Shown here in pieces: positions 54,924-64,000 of a stretch of 64,000 nucleotides of DNA. Position 1 is the stretch's first letter. Every line of letters starts with the position of its first letter. The stretch is taken from positions 79,795-143,794 of the forward strand of contig JAYZQJ010000004.1 of NCBI GenBank assembly GCA_036149055.1, written 5' to 3'. Below the pieces are notes generated by a model. The model was not told where the DNA came from. It saw only the letters and a list, made by a program, of their open reading frames with translations, and searched no databases. The stretch comes from Myxococcota bacterium (GTDB lineage Bacteria; Myxococcota_A; Polyangia; Polyangiales; Sandaracinaceae). The position numbers were made by a program, and so were the translations under genes.

Positions 54924-56396
54924 ATGACGCAGACCCTCCCGGAGCCGAGCCCTCCCCCGCCGCGCGGCGCCAGCGACGCCTGGACGCGCGCGATGCAGAA
55001 CGTGCCGCGCGAGCACGGGTTCGAGGCGCTCGAGGTGGAGGGCACCCTGCCCGACGCGCTGCGCGGCACCTGCTACCGCAACGGCCCCGGGCTCGTGGAG
55101 CTGCTCGGCCGCCGCTACGGGCACTGGTTCGACGGCGACGGGCTGATCAGCGCGGTGCGCTTCGAGGGCGGAGAGGCGCGCGGCGCCGCGAGGCTCTGTC
55201 AGACCGCGGGGCTGCGCGAGGAGCGCGCGAAGGGCCGCCCCTACTTCGGCGCCTTCGGCACCACGCCGCCGGGCTTCTTCGATCCGAGGCGCGTGATCCG
55301 CGCCGCGCGCGGGACGAGCAAGAACCCCGCGAACACCGCGGTGATGAGCTGGGCCGACCGCCTCTTCGCCCTGTGCGAGATCGGCCGCCCGTTCGAGCTC
55401 GACCCGGAGACCCTCGACTCGATCGGCGAGACCGATCTCGACGGCGTGATCCCGCGCGCCTTCAGCGCCCACCCGCACGGGGTCGCGGCCCGCGGCGCGC
55501 TCTACAACATCGGCACCCGCATCGGCCGACCGAACGCGCTCGATCTCTTCGTCATGCGCGACGACGGCACGGCCGGCCGGCTCACCACCTTGCCGCTCGA
55601 GGCGCCGACGATGGTGCACGACTTCGCGGTGACCGAGCGGCACGCGGTGATCTTCGTGGCCCCGCTCCGGCTCCAGCTGCTCCCCACCCTGCTCGGGCGG
55701 AGGGCCTTCGTGGACTCGCTGGTCTGGGATCACGCGCGGGGCACGGAGGTGATCCTGGTGCCCCTCGACGCGCCCGCCTCGGCGCGCCGCTTCCGGGTGC
55801 CGGCGTTCTGGGCCTGGCACTTCGGCAACGCGTTCGAGCGCGACGGCCAGATCGTCGTCGACCTCGTGCGCTACCGCGACTTCCCCACCAGCGCGGCGTG
55901 GCTCGCGGGCATCGCGCGCCGCGAGATGCAGGTGGACGGCGCCGACGGAATCCTCGGGCGGGCGGTGATCGACCCGAAGCGCGAGTCGCTGGAGTTCACG
56001 CCGCTGCGGAGCCGCACCGGCGAGTTCCCCCGGGTGGCGCCGGCGCGCGAGGCGCGATCCGCGCGCGTCGTCTACTGGACCGAGCACTCGAACCCCGACG
56101 TCGGCCGCTCGGGGCCGCCCGACACCGTGGTCCGGGTCGACGTGGAGCGCGGCGACGCCGACGCCTTCACCTTCCCCGAAGGGCAGTATCCGTCGGAGGC
56201 GGTCTTCGCGCCGCGGCCGGGCAGCGAGCGCGAGGACGACGGCTGGTTGATCGCGTCGGTCTACGACGCGCGCCGGCACCGGACGAGCTGGGCGGTGCTC
56301 GACGCCGCGCGCCCGAGCCGCGGCCCGATCGCCACGGCCCACATGCGCCAGCACGTCCCGCTGACGTTCCACGGGGTCTGGAAGCCAACTCGCTAG
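54924..56396 (+). CDS. Carotenoid oxygenase (RPE65 family)
   Basis: YRNGPG, HWFDGDG, SAHP, MVHDF, WHFGNA, EAVF, EDDGW, TFHG (four His ligands). Confidence 0.92.
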   Translation: MTQTLPEPSPPPPRGASDAWTRAMQNVPREHGFEALEVEGTLPDALRGTCYRNGPGLVELLGRRYGHWFDGDGLISAVRFEGGEARGAARLCQTAGLREERAKGRPYFGAFGTTPPGFFDPRRVIRAARGTSKNPANTAVMSWADRLFALCEIGRPFELDPETLDSIGETDLDGVIPRAFSAHPHGVAARGALYNIGTRIGRPNALDLFVMRDDGTAGRLTTLPLEAPTMVHDFAVTERHAVIFVAPLRLQLLPTLLGRRAFVDSLVWDHARGTEVILVPLDAPASARRFRVPAFWAWHFGNAFERDGQIVVDLVRYRDFPTSAAWLAGIARREMQVDGADGILGRAVIDPKRESLEFTPLRSRTGEFPRVAPAREARSARVVYWTEHSNPDVGRSGPPDTVVRVDVERGDADAFTFPEGQYPSEAVFAPRPGSEREDDGWLIASVYDARRHRTSWAVLDAARPSRGPIATAHMRQHVPLTFHGVWKPTR

Positions 56397-58300
56397 AGCG
56401 CGTCGAGGAGGTCGAAGAGCTCGCGCACCTTCGGCGGCTTCACCAGGTGACCGTCGAAGCCGGCGGCGGACGAGCGCTCGCGATCCTCGTCGCGCCCCCA
56501 GCCGGTCAGGGCGATCAGCCGCACCCCGCCGAGCGCCGCCTCGCTCCGCACCGCTCGCGCGACGTCGAAGCCGTCGACGCCGGGCATGCCGAGGTCCACC
56601 AGCGCCGCGTCGAAGGTGCCGGAGCGCAGGGCCGCGATCGCCGCGTCGCCGTCGTAGACCGTCTCCGCCTCGTTGCCGTGTCGCTGGAGCAAGAGCGAGA
56701 GCATGTCGGCCGCGTCGCGGTTGTCGTCCACCACGAGGATGCGGCGCCGCGCGGGCTCCGGAGCGGCCGCCTTCTCGGCCGCCGCCTCGGCCTCGTCGGT
56801 CGCCGGGAAGCGGAGCTCGAGCTCGAGCCCGCGGCCGAGCCCCTCGGAGCGCGCCACCACCGCGCCGCCGTGCAGCTCCGCGACGCTGCGCACGAGCGAG
56901 AGCCCGATGCCGAGCCCGGCGCGCGCCTGCCCCTCGCCGACGTCGAGCTGGGTGAACATGTCGAACATCGCGTCGAGCTGATCGGGCACGACCCCCACCC
57001 CGTCGTCCTTCACGCGGATCACGACGTCGCCCCCTTCGCGGCCGGCGAAGAGCGAGACGTGGCCGCCCGGCGGGGTGTACTTGGCCGCGTTGTCGAGCAC
57101 GTTGGCGACCGCCTGGGTGACCCGCACCGGATCGGCGTACAGCGCCACCGGCGCCTCGGGGAGCTCGACGGTGAGCTGGTGGCCCTTGTCCCGGAGGTGC
57201 CCTCGCACCGAGTCGACGGCCGCGTCGATCGCGTCCCGCAGGCGCACCCGCTCGCGCCGCAGCTCGATCGTGCCGCGGTCCATGCGGTTGGCCTCCAGGA
57301 GATCGTCGACCAGCCGGGTCATGTGCCGCACCTGGCGCCGCATCACCCGCAGCGCCTCGTCGACCGAGGTCTCGGAGCGATCGGCCTCGAGCAGCTCCAC
57401 CGCGCTCTGCATCGGGGCGAGCGGGTTGCGGAGCTCGTGGGCCAGCACGGCGATGAACTCGCTCTTGCGCCGGTCGCGCTCCCGCAGCTCGCGCTCGGCG
57501 TTCTTGAGCGCCTGGATGTCGAGGTTGATGCCGGCCCAGCACTCGATCTGCCCCGAGGCGTCGCGGATGGGCACGCCGCGCGCGAGGACCGAGTGCCACT
57601 GGCCGTCCACCCCGCGGAAGCGATGCTCTCGCTCCCAGTGGGAGCCGGTGCGCACGCACTCCTTCCACGCCGCGATGGTCGCGTCCGCGTCGTCGGGGTG
57701 GAGCACGTCCCCCCAGCCGAACTCGGAGCACTGCGCCTGGGTGATGCCGACCAGGTCGAGGAAGGACTGGCTGGCGTAGGTGTTCCGGCCGTCGGCGGCG
57801 CAGATCCAGATTCCGTAGTCGATCGACTCTCCGATCGCGCGGTAGATGCGCTCGCTGCGGCGCAGGGCGTCCTCGGCCCGCCGCTGCGCGTCCACGTCGG
57901 TCACCGACGCGAGGTAGGCGGTGACCCCGCCAGGCAGGGACATCTCGCCGATGCGCACCTGCACGTGGAAGCGCTCGCCGGAGCGGCGCCGGAACACCAG
58001 CGCGTAGCCCTCGGGGGGCGCCGACCCGCGTATGGTCTGCTCGAACGCGGCCTGGATGCGCCCGTGCTCCTCCTCCGGCCAGTAGGCGAAGGGGGGAGCC
58101 ACGCCGACCAGCTCCTCCGCGGCGTAGCCGAGCATCTCGCAGAGCGCCGGGTTGACGTAGATCTGCCGACCGACGGCGTCGCAGGCCGCGATGCCGTCCG
58201 GCACGGCTCGCTCGATGGCGCGGCGCAGCTCCATCTCGAGCCGCGTGCGCGCCTCCGGGTCGAGATCGGCCCCGAAGAGGGACTCGATGGATGCGCTCAC
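56393..58300 (-). CDS. Hybrid sensor kinase (PAS-PAS-HisKA-HATPase-REC)
   Basis: Two PAS domains, LAHELRNPL, NAAKYT, GLGIGL, receiver; start set at GTG after TACAAT. Confidence 0.9.
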   Translation of the reverse strand: MSASIESLFGADLDPEARTRLEMELRRAIERAVPDGIAACDAVGRQIYVNPALCEMLGYAAEELVGVAPPFAYWPEEEHGRIQAAFEQTIRGSAPPEGYALVFRRRSGERFHVQVRIGEMSLPGGVTAYLASVTDVDAQRRAEDALRRSERIYRAIGESIDYGIWICAADGRNTYASQSFLDLVGITQAQCSEFGWGDVLHPDDADATIAAWKECVRTGSHWEREHRFRGVDGQWHSVLARGVPIRDASGQIECWAGINLDIQALKNAERELRERDRRKSEFIAVLAHELRNPLAPMQSAVELLEADRSETSVDEALRVMRRQVRHMTRLVDDLLEANRMDRGTIELRRERVRLRDAIDAAVDSVRGHLRDKGHQLTVELPEAPVALYADPVRVTQAVANVLDNAAKYTPPGGHVSLFAGREGGDVVIRVKDDGVGVVPDQLDAMFDMFTQLDVGEGQARAGLGIGLSLVRSVAELHGGAVVARSEGLGRGLELELRFPATDEAEAAAEKAAAPEPARRRILVVDDNRDAADMLSLLLQRHGNEAETVYDGDAAIAALRSGTFDAALVDLGMPGVDGFDVARAVRSEAALGGVRLIALTGWGRDEDRERSSAAGFDGHLVKPPKVRELFDLLDAL

Positions 58301-58370
58301 GGAGGGATTGTAGTCCCGCCTCGTCGACTCGAAGTGGGTTTTCGCCACGCCCGCCGGGTACCCTGTCGAG

Positions 58371-59036
58371 ATGCGAAGCCGTCTCCCGCTCTCCCTCCTG
58401 CTCCTCTCTGCGTGCGGCGCCCCCGCCCCCGAGCCGAGAGAGGAGCCGGCGAGCGCGGGCGCGGAGAGCTCGGCCGCCGTGCAGGGCGAGGTCGAGGTCG
58501 AGGCCGAGCCCGCGCCGGAGGCGGCGTCCGAAGAAGAGGAGGAGCCGCAGCTGGGAGAGCCCCTCGAGCTCGCCGAGGACACGCCTCCCAGCGAGGACGA
58601 GCCGGTGAACCCGGACTCGATCAGCGACACCCCCTCGCACGCGACCTTCACCCACTGCGACCCCGAGCCGGCCGCCGACTGCGAGGACTGCGGCGTCCGG
58701 GTGAGCCTCCGGCGTCGCCGCGGCTGGCGTCCGGCCGAGTACCGGTTCGAGATCCTCACCGAGGGCAACCACATCCGCTGCCGGGTGAGCCTGCCCTGCG
58801 ACGACCCGCAGCCGGTCGAGTGCCGCGCCTCCCCCGGCGCCCCCCAGGTCACGGTCGAGACGAGCGGCTGCGCCGAAGGCGACGGCGAGCTCGCCGCCCT
58901 CCGCTTCGAGCCGGCCGCCTGCCCCGCCGAGATGCGCATCGAGTCCTACCGCGACGGCATCCGCACCGGCGTCCAGGACTGGCGCCCGCGCTACCAGGAC
59001 GGCGCCGCGACCACCGTTCACGCTCTCGAGCGCTAG
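58371..59036 (+). CDS. Cys-containing lipoprotein of unknown function
   Basis: Lipobox LLSAC, acidic linker. Confidence 0.65.
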   Translation: MRSRLPLSLLLLSACGAPAPEPREEPASAGAESSAAVQGEVEVEAEPAPEAASEEEEEPQLGEPLELAEDTPPSEDEPVNPDSISDTPSHATFTHCDPEPAADCEDCGVRVSLRRRRGWRPAEYRFEILTEGNHIRCRVSLPCDDPQPVECRASPGAPQVTVETSGCAEGDGELAALRFEPAACPAEMRIESYRDGIRTGVQDWRPRYQDGAATTVHALER

Positions 59037-59064
59037 CCGGGGCGGCGCGAAGCGCGACCCGGCT

Positions 59065-59106
59065 CCCGTGCCCCTGCCCGTGCCCGTGCCCGTGCCCGTG
59101 CCCGCG
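59065..59106 (+). repeat. Hexamer repeat (CCCGTG-type) x7 between convergent genes
   Basis: CCCGTG units with two variants. Confidence 0.85.
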
Positions 59107-59119
59107 AAAGCCACGAAGC

Positions 59120-60481
59120 TCACGGCGCCGCGTCCACCACCCGACGCAGCCCCGCGAGCTCGACCGGCTCCAGACGCCAGTGACGCTCGACCGCGGACGC
59201 CTCGACGCACGCGTCTCCCCGGCGCTCGAACACCCGCTCGACCGGCTCACCGACCCGGAGGTATTCGATCGGGCGCGCCTCACAGTCGTCGTCCACCAGG
59301 ACGACGAACGCCGCGCACTCGCCCCCGAGGCGCGGCGCGGCCATCACCTCGCAGCTCGGGTCGGCGAAGCGTCGAGGCGGCGAGGAGCGATGATGGCTCT
59401 CCCGCGGGAGGCGACTCGGGGCGCAGCGGTCGACCCCGTCGGCGAAGCGCCGCGGCGCGCAGCGCACCCCGAGCTCGGCGTCCCAGAACCCCATCTCGTC
59501 CGCGGACAGCTCCGTCCCGTCGTCGCCCCGCCAGACGAGGGGCCGCAGGCGCCCGTCGCCCACCGGCTCCAGCCGCAGCGCGGGCAGGACGCCGGGGTCG
59601 GGCGCGATCGACCAGGCGCGATCGGGGAGCGGGCCGCGCCACACGTCGCAGATCTCGCCCGGCGCCGGAGCCGCCGCCTCGGCGCGGAAGAGGGAGACGG
59701 TCCGCCGGTCGCAGAGGAAGTCGGACTCCAGCCCGAGCGCGAGGCCGACCGTCGGAGGCGCGCGTTCACACTCGCCCGGCACGGCCACCGCGTCGCCGCA
59801 GCTCGGCCCGGTGCGCACCACCCGGAGCGCGTCCGGAGGCACGCAGTGCGCCGGCCCCGATCCGGCGAGCCCGCACTCGGTCTCTAGGACGCGATCGAAC
59901 ACCGGACCGGACACCCGGACATCGTCGCCGACGAGGGCGCGCCGGACGTAGCGCCCGGGCGCGTCCTCGACCTCGCCGAGGGTGGCGGGAGCGAAGCGCG
60001 CGAACGGGACCTCCTCGACCTCGAGCGCGTCGAGGCTCACCCGCGCGTTCGGCACACACGCGCCCGGCACCCGCCGGAAGGACCCCGCGAGCGTCCGGCG
60101 CCCGGCGGTCGGCCGGTAGAAGCGCACCGGCTCGCAGCCCGACGGCGGCTCCGTGACGAAGGGGCGCGGGAGACACTCCTCCCCTTCGAGCGTGGCGTGC
60201 AGCGGCGCGGCCGGTGAGCCGCACCCCGCGTCCGCGTGCACGAGCGGCGACACCTCGACCGGGACGCAGCGCCACCCCTCGGGCGTGCGGGCGAACCGGC
60301 AGTCCACGCCGAGCTCGCGGTCGTGGAGCGTGGGCGCGATCGACGCGCCCTCGTCGGTCACGAAGCGGACCGGGACGAGCCGCGGACCGTCGAGGGGCTC
60401 CTCGAGGCCGTGGCTGGCGTAGCAGCCGGAGAGCAGGGGCACGGCGACCGCCGCGAGACCATGGAGCGCGCACGACTTCAC
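59120..60481 (-). CDS. Cys-rich repeat lipoprotein of unknown function
   Basis: Lipobox LSGC; three (H/F/W)D..L...C....C.P repeats. Confidence 0.65.
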   Translation of the reverse strand: MKSCALHGLAAVAVPLLSGCYASHGLEEPLDGPRLVPVRFVTDEGASIAPTLHDRELGVDCRFARTPEGWRCVPVEVSPLVHADAGCGSPAAPLHATLEGEECLPRPFVTEPPSGCEPVRFYRPTAGRRTLAGSFRRVPGACVPNARVSLDALEVEEVPFARFAPATLGEVEDAPGRYVRRALVGDDVRVSGPVFDRVLETECGLAGSGPAHCVPPDALRVVRTGPSCGDAVAVPGECERAPPTVGLALGLESDFLCDRRTVSLFRAEAAAPAPGEICDVWRGPLPDRAWSIAPDPGVLPALRLEPVGDGRLRPLVWRGDDGTELSADEMGFWDAELGVRCAPRRFADGVDRCAPSRLPRESHHRSSPPRRFADPSCEVMAAPRLGGECAAFVVLVDDDCEARPIEYLRVGEPVERVFERRGDACVEASAVERHWRLEPVELAGLRRVVDAAP

Positions 60482-60627
60482 ACGGCGACATTGACACATC
60501 CCCGCGGCGGAGCCCGGTCTCGGGGCAGCCGGACCCAAGCTCGCCGGAAGGGGGTGGGTCGCAGGCGGGATTCAACGGCGGCTGTCACCCCGTGGGCAGC
60601 CTTGCCACACTGCGGAAGGAGCGCCGG

Positions 60628-61872
60628 ATGTCCGTCGCGCCCCTCGGAATGGTCGTGCCCACCGAAGCTGCCCCTGCCCCCGCTCCCGTCGAGACCGCGC
60701 CCCCGAGGCGGGCGGCGTGGACCGGCGCGGAGTCTCCCGCGCTCGGCGCCGCCCGGGCGCTCGCGCCGTGGCCGGTGTGGGCCCTGATCCTCGCGCTGGG
60801 CGTCCCGGGCGCGCTGCACCTCGGGCGCCTCGTGCACGGGCCCTTCGCGCTGGCGCTGGTGCTCGGGCTCATGGTGCTGTGGACGCACCGGCCGGCGAGA
60901 CGATCTGCGGCCCGGTGGCTCGCCGCGGTGCTCGGATCCGGGCTGATGGCCGAGCTGCTCGCGAACGCGGTCACCGACATGGGCCGCGCGCGCGGCTTCG
61001 GTGGGCTCGACGACGCGGGCCGAGCCATCGGGGTGATGGTCGGCTGCGTCGCGATCTACGAGGTCGCCCCGATCCTCGCGGCCACCAGCGGCATCACCCG
61101 GGAGGAGCGCCGGTGGATCGGCCTCGATCTGGTCGCCTACCCGCTCTTCGCCCTCGCCGCCCTCGCCTGCTTCGCGTGGGCGCCCTACCGCGACCCGGGC
61201 ATGCTCTACGCGCCGCCCCCCGAGTCGCTGCCGCTCGCGTGGAAGGCGTCGCCGTGGATGGCCGCTTTGATCGCCCTCCCCTTCGCGGCCGCGCGCTGCG
61301 GGCCGACCCGAGCGCTCCGGATCCCGCCGCCGAGCGCGCGCGGGGCGACGCCCTGGCTCCTCGCCGCGATGGCCTGGGCGGCGGCGATCGGCTTCGGGCT
61401 CGCCGAGCGGGACGCGCTCGACGACGCGCTGTGGGCGATGCGGCGCGGCGCGTCCCCGGCCGGCGGGGCGCTGCTCCTGCTGCCGGCCCTCTCGGCGCTG
61501 AGCGCGCTCGGCGCGGCGGGGTGGCTGCTGAGCCGCGCGGCGGTCGTCCGCCACGCGCCCAGCGGGGTGGCCCGGGCGAGCGCGGACGGCGGGCTCACCC
61601 TCGAGCGCGACGGAGTGGAGGAGCCCACCCACGTGGCGATGGATCGGGGCGCGCAGCCCGCGGAGGGGGCGGCCGTGACCTTGCTCGGCGCCCGCCGCGA
61701 CCCGCCCGAGATCGGCCCCTTCCGCGACGGCGCGCCGCGCCTCCGGGCCGAGCGGGCGTGGCCCGGCCCGCGGCAGGCCCTCTCCCGCTCGCTGACCCAG
61801 CGCGCCGGGTGGTGGACGGCGGGGGCGGCCCTCGGCGCGCTCGGCGCCCTCGTCCAGCTCGCCCTCGTGTGA
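60628..61872 (+). CDS. Multi-pass membrane protein of unknown function
   Basis: AAGGAG RBS; many hydrophobic helices; GPFR motif near the C-terminus. Confidence 0.65.
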   Translation: MSVAPLGMVVPTEAAPAPAPVETAPPRRAAWTGAESPALGAARALAPWPVWALILALGVPGALHLGRLVHGPFALALVLGLMVLWTHRPARRSAARWLAAVLGSGLMAELLANAVTDMGRARGFGGLDDAGRAIGVMVGCVAIYEVAPILAATSGITREERRWIGLDLVAYPLFALAALACFAWAPYRDPGMLYAPPPESLPLAWKASPWMAALIALPFAAARCGPTRALRIPPPSARGATPWLLAAMAWAAAIGFGLAERDALDDALWAMRRGASPAGGALLLLPALSALSALGAAGWLLSRAAVVRHAPSGVARASADGGLTLERDGVEEPTHVAMDRGAQPAEGAAVTLLGARRDPPEIGPFRDGAPRLRAERAWPGPRQALSRSLTQRAGWWTAGAALGALGALVQLALV

Positions 61873-61906
61873 GGCCCCCGGGCGCCTCGGCTATGCTCGC
61901 GGGGCC

Positions 61907-63799
61907 ATGCGCGCTCTCGCCCCCCTCGTCAGCTCGGCCCTGCTCCTCGTCGCGTCGCCGGCGCTCGCGCGCGTCGACCTGGTCAGCGGCGGCGGCTTCC
62001 TGTTCGACATCCACGAGTCGTCCGACTTCGCCGGCGCCGGCAGCCTCGGCAACGGCTCGGTCGACGCCTACGACACCTGCTACGCGCTGCGCGTCGGCGG
62101 CGTCGACTACATGCCGATGGGCGCCTCCACCCTCTCGCTGGCGGGCCGGCAGGTCGAGCTCCCGACGCAGTCCATGGCCGGCCTCACGGTCCGGCGCCTC
62201 GTCTACGTGCCGGCCGCGGGCGGCGACTGGGCGCGTTATCTCGAGATCCTCGACAACCCCGGCGCCAGCCCGGTGACCACCACCGTCGAGATCTTCGGCA
62301 ACCTGGGCAGCGACTCCGGCACGGTGATCAGCGCGAGCAGCTCGGGAGACGCCCGGGTCGACACCTCCGATCTCTGGTTCGCGACCGACGACGCCGCGGA
62401 CGGGGCCGGCGATCCTTCGCTGGCCCACGTCTTCAGCGGCGCCTCGCCCGGCCTCGGCGTGAGCACCGCGTCGATGAGCGGCGACAACCTCGAGTACTCG
62501 TGGTCGGTCACGGTGCCGGCGAGCGGGCGCGTGGTGATCATGCACTTCGCGGTGCAGACCACGAACCGGGCCGCGGCCGCCGCCGAGGCGATGACGCTCG
62601 AGAGCGCGCCCGACGCCGCGCTGATGGGCGCCGACACCTACCTCGACGCGATCGTCAACTTCGACCTCGCGAGCGAGGGCGCGCCGCAGGTCCGGTTCGA
62701 GGGCCCGTTCGAGGCCGAGGAGGGCGCGGAGATCGTCATCGACGTGCGGGTCGAGGACCCGGAGGGCGACGCGGTCGAGCACTCCTGGGACCTCGACGAC
62801 GACGGCGTCTTCGGCGAGGCGATGGGCGCGCTCAGCCACACCATCCCCGCGGGCAGCACCGACGGGCCCGGCACGGTGCGGGTCGGCGTCGAGGCGCGGG
62901 ACGCGCTGGGCAACACGGCGCGCCGCTACCGCGCGGTGCGCATCGACAACGTCGACCCTCGGGTCACGAGCACGCCGCCGGCGGTGGTGAGCGTCGGCGT
63001 GGACGTGGGCTACGCGATCGAGGTCGAGGATCCGGCCGGGGCGATGGACGCGCCGACGTTCACGCTGATCGAGGGGCCCTCGCGCATGACGGTCTCGGAC
63101 GGCGGGACCGTGAGCTGGGTCCCGAGCGAGTCGGACGTCACCCTGCCCGGCGAGCCGATCGAGGTCGCGGTCACGATCGACGACGGAGACGAGGGCGTGG
63201 TCGAGCATCGGTGGAGCCTGCAGGTCTCACCGAACCGCCCGCCGAGCGCGCCGATCCCCGCCTACCCCACCGACCGGGTGGCGATCGTGGATCGCGCGCC
63301 GCGGCTGGTGGCGCAGAACGCGGAGGACCCCGACCTCGATCCGCTCCGCTACGAGTTCGAGATCGACACCGTCGACACCTTCGACTCGCCGGACCTGCGA
63401 GCCTCGGGGCCGATCGAGGAGACGGCGGGCTTCACCGCGTGGACGCTCGATCCGCCGCTCCGCGAGGACCAGGTCTACTTCTGGCGCGTCCGCGCGCTCG
63501 ACGGCTCGGTCGAGAGCGACTGGCGGCAGGCGAGCTTCTTCGTGGTGCGCGATCCCGATCTGCCGCCGCCCGACGCGGGCGGGCTCGACGGAGGCGTCGG
63601 CCCCGAGGGCGGCGTGATCCCCGGCCCGGACGCCGGCGTCGGCGGAGGCGGAGGCTGCGCGATCACTCCGACCCCGACCTCGCCCTGGCCCCTCGCCGTC
63701 CTGCTCGCGCTCCCGCTGCTTCGCCGTCGACGTCTCGGGAGGTGGCAAACAATGGCGCCGGGCACCCCCGCCCGCTTCCACGACGCTGACCCGAGATGA
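61907..63799 (+). CDS. Secreted/surface protein with PKD/cadherin-like Ig domains and MYXO-CTERM-like anchor
   Basis: Signal peptide; DPEGD..WDLDDDG; DPDLDPLRYEFE; YFWRVRA; GGGC + TM + RRRR. Confidence 0.75.
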   Translation: MRALAPLVSSALLLVASPALARVDLVSGGGFLFDIHESSDFAGAGSLGNGSVDAYDTCYALRVGGVDYMPMGASTLSLAGRQVELPTQSMAGLTVRRLVYVPAAGGDWARYLEILDNPGASPVTTTVEIFGNLGSDSGTVISASSSGDARVDTSDLWFATDDAADGAGDPSLAHVFSGASPGLGVSTASMSGDNLEYSWSVTVPASGRVVIMHFAVQTTNRAAAAAEAMTLESAPDAALMGADTYLDAIVNFDLASEGAPQVRFEGPFEAEEGAEIVIDVRVEDPEGDAVEHSWDLDDDGVFGEAMGALSHTIPAGSTDGPGTVRVGVEARDALGNTARRYRAVRIDNVDPRVTSTPPAVVSVGVDVGYAIEVEDPAGAMDAPTFTLIEGPSRMTVSDGGTVSWVPSESDVTLPGEPIEVAVTIDDGDEGVVEHRWSLQVSPNRPPSAPIPAYPTDRVAIVDRAPRLVAQNAEDPDLDPLRYEFEIDTVDTFDSPDLRASGPIEETAGFTAWTLDPPLREDQVYFWRVRALDGSVESDWRQASFFVVRDPDLPPPDAGGLDGGVGPEGGVIPGPDAGVGGGGGCAITPTPTSPWPLAVLLALPLLRRRRLGRWQTMAPGTPARFHDADPR

Positions 63800-64000
63800 T
63801 GGCAGGCGACGAGCGTAGCGAGGTCGCCGCACGCGCCACTCGAGTCGTTCGATCCCGCGGCAGCGGGCGGCCAGCTCGCGCGCAGCGCGAGCGCGAGCCG
63901 CAGGGCCCCCAGCGCCCCGTCGCTGGGGTCGCGGCGCGAGCGCGCAGCGCGACGCGCCGGCGGAGTCGGGAGGGGGGCCCCATTGGCGCTTTGCCCAATG
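63800..64000. repeat. Probable palindromic intergenic repeat element, truncated by the window edge
   Basis: Hairpins GCTCGCGC-GCA-GCGCGAGC (63874-63892) and CCCCAGCG/CGCTGGGG (63907-63928); GAGCGYAGCGAG motif also seen near 36688. Confidence 0.45.

Noticed and set aside
1..64000. tRNA, rRNA, transposase or prophage genes
   Set aside because: None recognised by eye; tRNAscan-SE, Infernal and ISEScan would be needed to exclude them formally.

Overview
Very GC-rich window whose gene repertoire (MYXO-CTERM-like C-terminal anchors, PEGA Ser/Thr kinase, Cys-rich lipoproteins with DAG linkers, many hybrid kinases) points by inference to a myxobacterium (Myxococcota, probably Polyangia/Sandaracinaceae-like). 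The first 20 kb carry an apparently intact flagellar hook-basal-body locus (flgBC-fliEFGHIJK-flgDE, then fliLMNOPQ), which is unexpected because cultured myxobacteria are described as non-flagellated gliders. It sits beside a FleQ/FlrA-like sigma-54 activator and a soluble kinase. Both flagellar operons have a sigma-54 promoter and identically spaced GTC-N8-GAC-type boxes. The usual motAB slot holds a type IV pilin and two unrelated genes, and fliR/flhB/flhA/flagellin are not in the window. The rest encodes signalling proteins, secreted enzymes (vanadium haloperoxidase fusion, two tandem M4-like proteases, peptidoglycan hydrolases) and housekeeping genes. Non-coding structure includes a composite inverted-repeat array upstream of flgB, a direct-repeat-bounded SMI1/four-helix-bundle cassette with inverted hexamer arms, a ~163-nt rod-like hairpin, and signs of widespread leaderless transcription. 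All calls come from reading motifs by eye; no database searches were run.
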